Below are positions 18,499-27,942 of a stretch of 64,000 nucleotides of DNA, piece by piece; the first letter of the stretch is position 1, and each line of letters begins with the position of its first letter. A program made the translations under genes and the position numbers. Source of the DNA: Tubiluchus corallicola (taxonomy: Eukaryota > Animalia > Priapulida); assembly GCA_030141605.1 (NCBI GenBank), contig JAQGDQ010002388.1, forward strand, positions 62,001-126,000, in the 5' to 3' direction. The notes below the pieces were generated by a model. The model was given only the letters and a program-made list of their open reading frames with translations. It was not told where the DNA came from and did no database searches.

Positions 18499-20385
18499 AT
18501 GCCAAAAGGAAAAACATGTGTTATCTCTGTTGTGCTTCTTTTTTCTGTAGCGATCGGAAAGGTATTTGAGGCGGATAGTGATGGTGATATTTATTATTTA
18601 TCGCCTGTTATAGTGACTGATTATTTTGTGCGGGAGGAATCTTCTTTTGGCTCTCACTTGTTTATTTCCCATGAGGAAATAGAGAAAAAACGCTCTATGC
18701 AGTTTGCGGATCTTCTTCGTGATGAATCGGGTATTGTTGTCAATCGCTCTGGAGGTGTCGGCCAAAAAACAACTATCCGTATTCGAGGATCAGAAGGTTA
18801 TCATACGACATTTTTTATTGACGGTGTAAAATGGTTTGATCCTTCTTTGCCACATGCTTCTTTTGATTTTTCCCATCTTAATGTTATGGATTTGGAAAAG
18901 ATTGAGGTTATCAAAGGCCCGAAAAGTGCTGTATATGGCAGCGGATCTATTGGTGGCGCGATTCATGTTACCACACGCGCTTCAGAGCAAGATACAAGCG
19001 CTTTTATCAAGGCGCAAACAGGCAGTTATGGCAGCTCCTTCTTAACAGCGGGTGTTTCTGGTGGTCATAGTCATTCCTATGCTGCTTTATCTCTTTCTCA
19101 TCAGGAGGAAAACGGTTTATCAGCATCAAGTTCGCGGTACGGCAATACGGAAAAAGATGTTTATAGGAATTTATCTTTGAATGCTCGTTTCGGAACAGAT
19201 TTTTCAGAAACCTTTTCTCTAACTGGTCTTTATTCTCTGGTGGATTCCTATCAGGAGTTTGACGATGCGGCTTATGGGGGAGTTGCTGCGCAAGATGCCA
19301 ATCATCACACGGATTTTAAAATGGATGGGCTTCATCTTTCTATGTTGCTGGATATACCGAGCTATTCTATTGAAAATCATTGGGGCATTTTTAACAATCG
19401 CACAAAGCGTGCTTACAGTTTTGAGACTTTTGAAAATATGATGTTTTTAAAGGGAGAGAGCCAAGGATTTTACTGGCAGGGAATATCCTCTTTTCGCAAA
19501 GATGGAACATTAACATTTAAGGCTCAGATGGGCAAGGAGGCAATAACGGCTATGGAGACTATTTTTCTTCAAGAGGAGCGAAATCATTATAGTGGATATT
19601 TAGATTTTCATCAGCCTTTATCTTCTTTTTTCTCTTTAAGCGCAGGGAGCCGTATTGATAAATACGAACAGCTTTCCTCTTATGAAAGCTGGTATATTTC
19701 AGCAGATTGGAATTATGCTAAAAATGGAACTATTTACAGCAGCGTAGGAGAAGCCTTTCGCGCTCCTAGCCTTTCTGAGCTTTATGATCCCTTCAGTGGA
19801 AACCATGCCCTAAAACCCGAGCGGTCTTTAGAGTATGATATCGGTATTGAGCAATGGTTGTTTTCTCAATCGGCGCGCATTGATATGCTTTATTTTGAAA
19901 ACCTTCTTCATGATAAGATCAGCTGGAAACAAGTAGGTCCGATCGAAGGACTTTATGAAAATACAGGTCGAGCGAAAAGTCGTGGTATAGAAACAAGTTT
20001 ATCAATTTTTCCCGCAGAGACAGTCGAACTTTCTTTAGAACATACATGGCTTGATTCTGTCAATAAAAGCGCTTCTGTTTTGGAAGTTCGTCGACTTTCT
20101 TTTTCTCCTCGTCATCAGCTTTCCCTTTCTGTTGATTGGAATCCGTCAGGCTCTTCTGTTTTTCTAGGGGGTGTTATGCGTTTTGCGAGTGATCAGTATG
20201 ATAGTGGCTATGGCCAGTGGGTTAAGGGGTACTCGACTTTTGATCTCAGCGCACGATGGCGTTTAGCTGAAAAATGTGATCTTTTTGTTTATATCGAGAA
20301 TCTTTTTGATCGCTATTATGAAGAATCTGCAACTTATTCCACGCCTGGATTTTCTCTTTACGGCGGCGTGAATCTGGTTTTTTAA
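18499..20385 (+). CDS. btuB: TonB-dependent vitamin B12 receptor
   Basis: TonB-box-like SPVIVT, plug motifs IRIRGS...IDGV and IEVIKGPKSAVYGSGSIGGAI, FRAPS, ENLFD, C-terminal Phe; follows a B12 riboswitch. Confidence 0.9.
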   Translation: MPKGKTCVISVVLLFSVAIGKVFEADSDGDIYYLSPVIVTDYFVREESSFGSHLFISHEEIEKKRSMQFADLLRDESGIVVNRSGGVGQKTTIRIRGSEGYHTTFFIDGVKWFDPSLPHASFDFSHLNVMDLEKIEVIKGPKSAVYGSGSIGGAIHVTTRASEQDTSAFIKAQTGSYGSSFLTAGVSGGHSHSYAALSLSHQEENGLSASSSRYGNTEKDVYRNLSLNARFGTDFSETFSLTGLYSLVDSYQEFDDAAYGGVAAQDANHHTDFKMDGLHLSMLLDIPSYSIENHWGIFNNRTKRAYSFETFENMMFLKGESQGFYWQGISSFRKDGTLTFKAQMGKEAITAMETIFLQEERNHYSGYLDFHQPLSSFFSLSAGSRIDKYEQLSSYESWYISADWNYAKNGTIYSSVGEAFRAPSLSELYDPFSGNHALKPERSLEYDIGIEQWLFSQSARIDMLYFENLLHDKISWKQVGPIEGLYENTGRAKSRGIETSLSIFPAETVELSLEHTWLDSVNKSASVLEVRRLSFSPRHQLSLSVDWNPSGSSVFLGGVMRFASDQYDSGYGQWVKGYSTFDLSARWRLAEKCDLFVYIENLFDRYYEESATYSTPGFSLYGGVNLVF

Positions 20386-20405
20386 TTTTCATTACTGAGG
20401 TAGAT

Positions 20406-21314
20406 ATGTTTAGGATGGTAAAAAAAATACAATACGCTGTTTTTCTGCTTCTTTTTCTGCAGAATTCTGGGATATTATTTCCCTCTGCTTATGCTAGTGA
20501 ACGTTTGCGGATTGTTTCTATGGGTTTATGTAGTGATCAGCTTCTTTATAGTCTTGTTGCCTCCTCTCCTTCCTCTTTTTCTGTTTTATTTTCTCCTTAT
20601 GGAAACGATCCGCTTATTTCCTGGAATTATGCTCCAATAGGAGATTTTTTTTCAAGCCATAATAACAACTATGAGGCGATCACATTTTTTCAACCGCATC
20701 TTATTTTAACAGAGGGCTATGCGCATCCTTCTCTTCATTCTTTAAAGGAAGCTCCTTTTAAAAACCGTTTTTTCTCTCTTTCTTCTCTTAGCACTTTTGA
20801 TGATTTAAAAAGAGCAATTGACACTATTGGCGAGCATCTTGGAATCAAGGAAGCTGCCCAGCAATCGATTCATAAGATTGAAGAGGCTCTTGTTTCTTTT
20901 CGCCCGACTTCGTCTCCTCGCACGATTCTTTATCTTGGGCCAGGAGGATTCACAGCGGGTGAAGAGAGTTTTATCCATACGTTAATTACTTTATCGGGGC
21001 ATAAAAATCTTGCTGCCGAGCATAAGATCAAAGGGTGGGTTAGTTTATCGCCGGAAAAGTTATTATCTTTACAGCCTGATATTCTCTTGTTTTCTTTTTT
21101 TCACGAAAATCAACAAACGCTTGCCGCACGGGTGCGGAATCATCCTGTTTTAAAAAGAATGCAAGAGCATGGAAGTCATTTTGTGACGATTCCGGCGCGT
21201 TATCTTTCTTGTTTTGGAGAGCATAGCATCAAGGCGGCTCAATGGATCGCTGATATTTCTCATGCTTCGGCTGGAGATGTTTCCTCTTCTATTAATCGTA
21301 TTAACAGGGAATAG
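20406..21314 (+). CDS. btuF: Cobalamin ABC transporter periplasmic binding protein
   Basis: Signal peptide, RIVSMGLCSDQLL, GFTAGEESF, LSPEKLLSLQPD; operon context. Confidence 0.8.
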   Translation: MFRMVKKIQYAVFLLLFLQNSGILFPSAYASERLRIVSMGLCSDQLLYSLVASSPSSFSVLFSPYGNDPLISWNYAPIGDFFSSHNNNYEAITFFQPHLILTEGYAHPSLHSLKEAPFKNRFFSLSSLSTFDDLKRAIDTIGEHLGIKEAAQQSIHKIEEALVSFRPTSSPRTILYLGPGGFTAGEESFIHTLITLSGHKNLAAEHKIKGWVSLSPEKLLSLQPDILLFSFFHENQQTLAARVRNHPVLKRMQEHGSHFVTIPARYLSCFGEHSIKAAQWIADISHASAGDVSSSINRINRE

Positions 21315-21318
21315 TGGT

Positions 21319-22335
21319 ATGTATTCTTATGGTTTCTGTCAAAAAAAGCATTGTTTTCTTTTGAGTTTTTTATGTTTTATATTGATCATTATTGTTTGTT
21401 TTTCTTTATTCACGTCGCTTGCTAATTTTTCTTTCTGGCAGAGTGCTCGTGCGCTTTTTGGAAAAGGGGACGAGATTCATATTTTTATTCTTCGCGAGCT
21501 TCGTTTTCCCAGAGTGTTAACAGCGCTTTTGTGTGGTTTTTCCTTGGCGCTTTCTGGTGCTGCTCTTCAAGGGATGCTTTATAATCCTCTTGCTGATCCT
21601 GGAATTACTGGCATTAGTGGTATGGCTTCTTTAGGGGCTGTTTTTTTTATTTATTTTGGAATAGAATCGGCTTTTCCTTGGCTATTGCCTTTTTATGGCA
21701 TGGCGGGAGCGTTTATTGGGGCAACTCTTTTATTGCTTATTACCAGAAACACTTCCGCAACCATGGTAGTGATTCTTTCCGGCATTGCGATTGGGAGTTT
21801 TGCTTCTTCTTTATTAGCGTTACTTCTTAATCTCGCGCCTTCTCCATGGGCGTTGCAGGAAATTACTTTCTGGCTGATGGGCTCTTTCAAGGAGCGTACC
21901 ATGAGCGACGTTAAAATCATGCTGCCTTTTATGTTACTCGGATGGTTTTGTTTGCTAAGCTGCTCTAGAGCGTTGCAAGCTTTATCCCTCGGAGAGGATA
22001 GCGCGAAATCTCTAGGGGTTAATATTAAAAAGACGCAAATCCTTTTAATTGGCGGCATTTCTCTTTCTGTTGGCGCTTCGACAGCAATTGCCGGCAATAT
22101 TGCTTTTGTTGGTCTTGTTGTTCCGCATCTTCTTCGCCCTTTTGTCGCTTCTCGTCCGGGCCTTCTTCTTCTTCCCAGTGCTTTAGGGGGTGCATCTCTT
22201 GTTGTTATTTCTGACATGATTGTCCGTCTTCTTCCGACTCGTATTGAGCTAAACCCTGGTATTGTAACGGCTCTTTTAGGCACGCCTTTTTTTCTTTTTC
22301 TGATTCTTCAATACAGTAAAAAGAGGCATTTTTAA
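21319..22335 (+). CDS. btuC: Cobalamin ABC transporter permease (FecCD family)
   Basis: ELRFPR, LQGMLYNPLADPG, FWLMGS, LGEDSAKSLG, IAFVGLVVPH; ATG at 21319 directly follows the btuF stop. Confidence 0.88.
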   Translation: MYSYGFCQKKHCFLLSFLCFILIIIVCFSLFTSLANFSFWQSARALFGKGDEIHIFILRELRFPRVLTALLCGFSLALSGAALQGMLYNPLADPGITGISGMASLGAVFFIYFGIESAFPWLLPFYGMAGAFIGATLLLLITRNTSATMVVILSGIAIGSFASSLLALLLNLAPSPWALQEITFWLMGSFKERTMSDVKIMLPFMLLGWFCLLSCSRALQALSLGEDSAKSLGVNIKKTQILLIGGISLSVGASTAIAGNIAFVGLVVPHLLRPFVASRPGLLLLPSALGGASLVVISDMIVRLLPTRIELNPGIVTALLGTPFFLFLILQYSKKRHF

Positions 22336-22352
22336 TTACAGGATTTTTTATA

Positions 22353-23159
22353 ATGTCATCGTCTCTTCTTCATTTAAACAATGTGTGTTTATCTTATCAG
22401 AATCGTCTTGTTTTAAACAATATTTCCTTTCGGGTTTCTTCGGGAGATGTTATTGCTCTTATCGGCTGTAATGGAGCTGGAAAAACCTCTTTACTAAAGG
22501 CGATTTCCGGCCTTCATCCAATCAAAGGAGTCATTACTATAAACGGTTTTTCTCTGCTGGACATTTCTGCTGAAAAAAAGGCACAAGCTATTGGCTATAT
22601 TGAGCAAAATCCTTTATGCCATTGGCCTCTTTCTGTTTATGATCTTGTTTCTCTTGGTCGCTTGCCCTATAGAGCGCATTCTTCTCTTCACCATTCTTTT
22701 TTATCCACTAAAGAGCGGGAAAAAATCATTGAGACAATCGACAGTATGGATCTTCACGCTCTTGCCGATCGTCCAGTTACGACTCTTTCTGGGGGAGAGT
22801 ATTCTCGTGCTATGATTGCGCGTGCCATTGCTGGAGAGCCGGATATTCTTCTTGCTGACGAGCCTGCGGCGATGCTTGATCCCCGGCACCGTCTTCATCT
22901 TCTTAATCAATTAATTTCTCTGGCACAAAAGGGATATAAGAATAGTTTTACTTCTCCTCCTGCTGTTATTTTAGCTCTGCATGATTTATCGCTTGCAGCT
23001 TTATGCAATCGTGTGATTATTTTGCATCATGGATCTATTTATCAGGATTCTTCTCCTAAGGAGGCTCTTTGTTCCGAAATTCTTAGCTCTGTTTTTAAAA
23101 TAAATTTTTTAACTGGGAAGCATCAGGGACGCCCATGGGTTGTTCCCTGGTCAACTTAG
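22353..23159 (+). CDS. btuD: Cobalamin ABC transporter ATP-binding protein
   Basis: GCNGAGKT, LSGGE, LLADEP, LHDL. Confidence 0.88.
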   Translation: MSSSLLHLNNVCLSYQNRLVLNNISFRVSSGDVIALIGCNGAGKTSLLKAISGLHPIKGVITINGFSLLDISAEKKAQAIGYIEQNPLCHWPLSVYDLVSLGRLPYRAHSSLHHSFLSTKEREKIIETIDSMDLHALADRPVTTLSGGEYSRAMIARAIAGEPDILLADEPAAMLDPRHRLHLLNQLISLAQKGYKNSFTSPPAVILALHDLSLAALCNRVIILHHGSIYQDSSPKEALCSEILSSVFKINFLTGKHQGRPWVVPWST

Positions 23160-23169
23160 AGTATTTCCG

Positions 23170-23805
23170 ATGATTTTTTCACAGAATTTTTCCTTTTGTT
23201 TATCGGCTGCTATGCATGCTGTTATTTTCACTTTTTATGTTTTTTATTCAGAAAAGATGTTTTTACAAACGAAACCCCTTCCCTCTTCTTTTGTTTTAGA
23301 GTTTTCTATCATTTCCGAGGATTCTGCCTCTTTGTTTGATCAGGTTCAGCGTTTCGGGGAAGAAAAAGAAGTAGAGAAGGATTTTTTTGAAGAAAATCAA
23401 AGTAAGAAAATTCCCGCTCCGTACAAGCGCGCGGCGATAGTGTCTTCTTCAAAATCGTCTTCCCCTATTAAAAAACCTTCTTTACAGGAGGAATCTTCAC
23501 CCTCTTTACAGAATGGTTCTCAACAAGAAGGTATAGTGTCCTCATGCCTCTCTCCAGAGCCTATTTATGCGCCTTCTCCTTCTTATCCTTTAGCGGCTAG
23601 AAGGCGAAAAATTGAAGGTGTTTCCACTATTCTTATTTCATTACATCAGGATGGATCTGTCAGCAGCGCTCATCTTTATGAGAGCAGCGGGAGTGCTCTT
23701 CTTGACAAAGAAGCTCTAGAGACTGTATCTCAGTGGCGTTTTCATGCTTCTGACTGTTTTGAGAAACAGCATGCTGTTCCTGTTATTTTTCGTCTTTCTT
23801 CTTAA
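23170..23805 (+). CDS. tonB: Energy transducer TonB
   Basis: N-terminal TM with SxxxH (SAAMH), Ser/Pro/Lys linker, C-terminal YPLAARRRKIEG...SSGSALLDKEAL...WRF domain. Confidence 0.88.
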   Translation: MIFSQNFSFCLSAAMHAVIFTFYVFYSEKMFLQTKPLPSSFVLEFSIISEDSASLFDQVQRFGEEKEVEKDFFEENQSKKIPAPYKRAAIVSSSKSSSPIKKPSLQEESSPSLQNGSQQEGIVSSCLSPEPIYAPSPSYPLAARRRKIEGVSTILISLHQDGSVSSAHLYESSGSALLDKEALETVSQWRFHASDCFEKQHAVPVIFRLSS

Positions 23806-23822
23806 ACAGGGGGTAACATTTC

Positions 23823-25121
23823 TTGTTATCGTGCTTATTTTCTCGTATAGTTGGAAAAATTTTAATAATGACTCTAGGAATAGCAACAGTGATAGAAAAT
23901 AATAATTTAGGAAAAGACATTTTAGAGCGTCTTGATAGGCTTAGCCAATGTTCGAGTTCTTCTAGCGGCGTCACGCGTCTTTTAGGAACCAAGGAGCATT
24001 GCGAAGCTATTAACCTTCTTTCAAAATGGATGCATACTATTGGGATGGAGACATCTATAGATTCTGCTGGTAACCTTATTGGGCGGTATGTGTCGCAAAC
24101 TGAAGGTGCACCTGTTTTAATGATTGGCTCTCATCAGGATTCCGTTATTCATGGGGGGCGATATGATGGAGCTCTTGGTATTGTTCTGCCTCTTGTATGC
24201 TTAGAGGAGCTTTATCGCCAGAAGATTTCGCTTCCTTTTCATATTGATCTTGTCGCATTTGGCGATGAGGAAGGTGCTCGTTTTGGCACGACACTTTTCA
24301 GTAGCCAAGCTTTATCGGGAACTCTTTCTCCTGAGGTTCTGGATTATACGGATGACACGCATTCTTCTTTATTTCAGGTTCTGGACTCTTTTGGCACACA
24401 TCCTGAAAATATTGCGCATGACAATCGGAAGGATGATCCCCCTTTTGCTTTTCTTGAGGTTCATATTGAGCAGGGACCTGTTTTAGAGCAGAAAAATCTA
24501 CCTGTAGGGATTGTGAACTCTTTTGTTGGTGTTCAGTGGGCAACCTTGGAGGTAAAAGGATGTTGTGGTCATGCGGGTACGGTTCCTATGTCTTTACGCC
24601 GTGATGCTTTATGTGGTGCGGTAGAGATCATCTCTATGATAGAAGATCTGGTACGTCGTCATGAGTCTTTTGTGGCCACTGTTGGTATGTTTGATGTTGC
24701 CAATGGAGCGGCCAATGTTATTCCGGCGTATGTTTCTTTTTCCCTTGATCTTCGTTGTGCGGATTCTGTTGTTCACCAAGCGCTTTGGCAGGAAATAATT
24801 GAGCAGGCACAAAAAATTGCTGCTTTGCGTCAACTGTCTTTTTCTGTTGTTCGTTCTTCTTATATAAAACCTTCTCACTGTGCCGCTCATTTAAATGAGC
24901 GGTTGGCAGAAAGCTGCAGAAAAGAGAATATAGAACCTTATTATATCAATAGTGGTGCGGGTCATGACAGCCAGATCATGTCTCGTATTACGCCTGTAGG
25001 TATGTTATTTGTTCGCTGCAAGGATGGTCTCAGTCACCATCCGGAAGAATCTGTTATGGAATCAGATGTTCATGCGGCATCAAAGGTTCTTTTACACACT
25101 ATTCTTGCTTTAGAGGTTTAG
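23823..25121 (+). CDS. allC: M20-family Zn amidohydrolase (allantoate amidohydrolase / N-carbamoylase type)
   Basis: GSHQDSV, GRYDGALG, DEEG, EVHIEQGP, GHAGTVPM, SGAGHD, SHHPEE; true start probably 23868 or 23889. Confidence 0.75.
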   Translation: MLSCLFSRIVGKILIMTLGIATVIENNNLGKDILERLDRLSQCSSSSSGVTRLLGTKEHCEAINLLSKWMHTIGMETSIDSAGNLIGRYVSQTEGAPVLMIGSHQDSVIHGGRYDGALGIVLPLVCLEELYRQKISLPFHIDLVAFGDEEGARFGTTLFSSQALSGTLSPEVLDYTDDTHSSLFQVLDSFGTHPENIAHDNRKDDPPFAFLEVHIEQGPVLEQKNLPVGIVNSFVGVQWATLEVKGCCGHAGTVPMSLRRDALCGAVEIISMIEDLVRRHESFVATVGMFDVANGAANVIPAYVSFSLDLRCADSVVHQALWQEIIEQAQKIAALRQLSFSVVRSSYIKPSHCAAHLNERLAESCRKENIEPYYINSGAGHDSQIMSRITPVGMLFVRCKDGLSHHPEESVMESDVHAASKVLLHTILALEV

Positions 25122-25125
25122 TTTT

Positions 25126-25170
25126 ATGCCAGCGGGTCGTTCAGAATATTTCTGAGTACCCCGCTGACAT
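25126..25170. terminator. Hairpin between convergent allC-like and fucI genes
   Basis: ATGCCAGCGGG...TTCAGAA / TTCTGAG...CCCGCTGACAT imperfect long stem. Confidence 0.6.
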
Positions 25171-25194
25171 ATACATCTCTTTCAACTATTTTCC

Positions 25195-27006
25195 TTAATA
25201 GCTTCCATATAGGGGTCCATAGGCTTCACATGCTCGAAAATCTGCGCTTTCCAAGTCATTTGTACCGAATGAAACCCATGCTGCCGGTCGGAAAATGCGT
25301 GCACGATCGATATTATGAAAGCAGACCGGAATGCGGAACATTGATGATAATGTCAACCAATCTTCTCCTGTATGCCCATAACTCAGCACGCAATGGTTTG
25401 AGCCCCAATTATTCATAACAGAGTAGACATCTTCACATGCGCCTGTTCCGGAGAGGCGAGGTACAAAATAGGTTCGGGGCCATGTTGGATCGGTTCTGGC
25501 AACCAGTGGTTTTTCGATATTTTCTGGTAAATTTACTGCCCATCCTTCTACTAGTTGCAAAACAGGTCCCAGACCTTTGACAAGATTGAGGCGTGCCATT
25601 GTCATTGGCATTTCTCCGCGAGTCTGGTAGCTTGAGGAAAAACCGCCACCGCGGAATGATGCTAATTTTGCGCTTCCCCATTTTGTTGCCTGCACGCATT
25701 TCAGCGCTTCTTCTGAGGAGATTTCCCAATGAGGTTTTATAACGGGATTTCCGTCCTGTTCCATTTCGCCGCAGCCATCAAGAGCTGCTGCGCCGGAGTT
25801 TGTTAAATATAAAAATCCACCAGATGCTCGATCTGACAGTTCAGTTCCTGTTACTCGCGAAACGGCTTGCGGGCTCCAGTATGTTCGAACATCTGCGAAA
25901 ATTTGCGCGCTTCCTGTCAAACAATGCCCCAGGAGCATTGTTAAACCATTTAAGCTATCGTTCTCCGTTGCGATAATGAAGGGTTGGCGAATGCCGTCCC
26001 AATCAAATGAGGAATTTAATATCGCTTCCATAAAGTCTCCGTTAGGAAAATAGTCTGTCCACTGTCGTTGTCCTTGAAAGCCTGCAACGCATGCGTTATG
26101 CCCTTCTGCTTCTTCCTGATAGCCCAGTTCAGCAAGAGCTGGATTACCGATCATCAGGTCGCGTCCTATCAGGGTCATTTTTATAACAGTTTCCCAATTT
26201 TGATCTTTTTTTTCTCGGCTTTCACGTCTTTCTGCAGGATTTGGGTCTTCCATTTCCTGGCAATGCATTTTCACCCATTTACATGCTCTCTTAAATGCAG
26301 CAGGATCGTATATTCCGCATTCGATACGGCGTGTGAACTCGCTCATATCCACTGATTCATTTCTCATTCCAAAATAAGACTGAAAAAGCGCTGACTCTAT
26401 GATTGAGCCTCCAATACCCATGGAAACGCCTCCCATAGATAAATAAGATTTTCCGCGAATATAGCCGACTGATACAGCAGAGCGTGCAAAGCGCAGGATT
26501 TTTTCAGCGACATCATTTGGAATGGATATATCCATACTGTCTTGAACATTATTTCCATAAATTTTAAAAATCGGAAGACCTTTTTGCTCTGCTGCTGCTA
26601 TGGCGCCTGCAAGATACACTGACCCTGGACGTTCACTTCCGTTAAATCCCCATATTGCCTTTGGTAAAAAGGGGTCCATCTCTAAAATTTCAGCAGCGTA
26701 CGCCCATGCGTAGCTAATATCTAAAATGGCGCAGACATTTTCCTGACGAAAAAAATCGCTGCATCGTACTGCTTCAGAGACTCCTCCGATTGTTCCTGGT
26801 GAAACAATTGTATCGACAGGTAAGCCATTGGGGTAACGTAGCGTTTCTTTTATCAATTGCGCGACAGCATGCGTCAGTTGCATTGTTTTTTCTTCTAGTG
26901 CTTCTCGAACACCATTGCGACGACCGTCAATAATCGCACGGACTCCTATTTTAGGAAGCGATCCATTCAGTCTTTCTACTGAGGGAACAGATGAAAATTT
27001 TTCCAT
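25195..27006 (-). CDS. fucI: L-fucose/D-arabinose isomerase
   Basis: PKIGVRAIIDGRR, WGFNGSERPGSVYLA, GFQGQRQWTD, ATENDSLNG, FADVRTYWSP, WGSNH. Confidence 0.93.
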   Translation of the reverse strand: MEKFSSVPSVERLNGSLPKIGVRAIIDGRRNGVREALEEKTMQLTHAVAQLIKETLRYPNGLPVDTIVSPGTIGGVSEAVRCSDFFRQENVCAILDISYAWAYAAEILEMDPFLPKAIWGFNGSERPGSVYLAGAIAAAEQKGLPIFKIYGNNVQDSMDISIPNDVAEKILRFARSAVSVGYIRGKSYLSMGGVSMGIGGSIIESALFQSYFGMRNESVDMSEFTRRIECGIYDPAAFKRACKWVKMHCQEMEDPNPAERRESREKKDQNWETVIKMTLIGRDLMIGNPALAELGYQEEAEGHNACVAGFQGQRQWTDYFPNGDFMEAILNSSFDWDGIRQPFIIATENDSLNGLTMLLGHCLTGSAQIFADVRTYWSPQAVSRVTGTELSDRASGGFLYLTNSGAAALDGCGEMEQDGNPVIKPHWEISSEEALKCVQATKWGSAKLASFRGGGFSSSYQTRGEMPMTMARLNLVKGLGPVLQLVEGWAVNLPENIEKPLVARTDPTWPRTYFVPRLSGTGACEDVYSVMNNWGSNHCVLSYGHTGEDWLTLSSMFRIPVCFHNIDRARIFRPAAWVSFGTNDLESADFRACEAYGPLYGSY

Positions 27007-27062
27007 GATGAGCGTCTCTCTTTAAAATCGTTATGTGGGCAATTGTTAAAAGAAAATTACAG

Positions 27063-27902
27063 TTAGGATGAGGAGCGCTCCAGAGACTGTAAGTAACGCA
27101 GGCTACGCAAAACAGCGCCATCCGGATCATGAGTATAGCCAAAGCCAAGCTCTATACCGAGATAACCTTTATATCCACAGTCTTCTAAAGCGCGTACAAA
27201 TATATCAAAGTCAATTTTTCCTTCACCGGGAACTAAATGATCGTCACTTCCTCCAAAATTATCGTCAACCTGAAAGTGAACGGAGAGGCCTTTCGCCATA
27301 ACATCTTTCACTGTATCGGAAAGAGACTCCCGATTAATAAACAAATGACCCGTATCGGGCAGTACGCCGAGATTTTCCGCTCCAACTTCATCAATAACGC
27401 GCAATGCGTCATCAACAGTCAGCACCAGATCTGTTTCCATACTATGTGCTGGCTCCAGCAGAAGTGTGAGTGGTTTGTCGTGCGCATAGTCAATCAACCG
27501 TTTGATACTATCGACCATACGGGCATGCGCCTGTACAATTGAATCACCATAGAGGCTAAAGCCAGGGCATAAGCTTACGTAGGGAGCGCCCAACTCAGCT
27601 GCAACATCGATATTTTTACGGATATAGTCTACACTTTTCAGGCGCATTTCATTGTCGGATGCGGCCAGATTTGTCGGATAGCGAAATTGTGCTGGTATAA
27701 AGCAGGAAATTTCCATCTTGAGATCGGATAAAAGGGAGCGCACTTTTTCCATATGTGCCCCACTCATATCTTCCCAATAGGCATGAGGTCTTCCTCCCCA
27801 TATTTCTACACCTGTATAGCCAAAGCTGTACAGACGTGAAATGGCTTCCAAAAGCGGATAGCGATAATAAACAAACGTTGACTGGCTATAACGCAAACCC
27901 AT
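27063..27902 (-). CDS. TIM-barrel sugar isomerase/3-epimerase (FrlC-like, AP-endonuclease-2 fold)
   Basis: GVEIWGGRPHAY FrlC-type motif; LLEP, DTGH, DHLVPGEG and GIELG metal/catalytic segments. Confidence 0.82.
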   Translation of the reverse strand: MGLRYSQSTFVYYRYPLLEAISRLYSFGYTGVEIWGGRPHAYWEDMSGAHMEKVRSLLSDLKMEISCFIPAQFRYPTNLAASDNEMRLKSVDYIRKNIDVAAELGAPYVSLCPGFSLYGDSIVQAHARMVDSIKRLIDYAHDKPLTLLLEPAHSMETDLVLTVDDALRVIDEVGAENLGVLPDTGHLFINRESLSDTVKDVMAKGLSVHFQVDDNFGGSDDHLVPGEGKIDFDIFVRALEDCGYKGYLGIELGFGYTHDPDGAVLRSLRYLQSLERSSS

Positions 27903-27942
27903 AATAATACCCCTTGTTCAGTAAATAATTTAGAGCGAGTAG

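Noticed and set aside
21214-21318. Upstream TTG start for btuC
   Set aside because: Overlaps btuF by 100 bp; the ATG at 21319 directly after the btuF stop is more plausible.
21693-22283. 196-aa antisense ORF within btuC
   Set aside because: Shadow frame of a hydrophobic membrane gene; no independent features.
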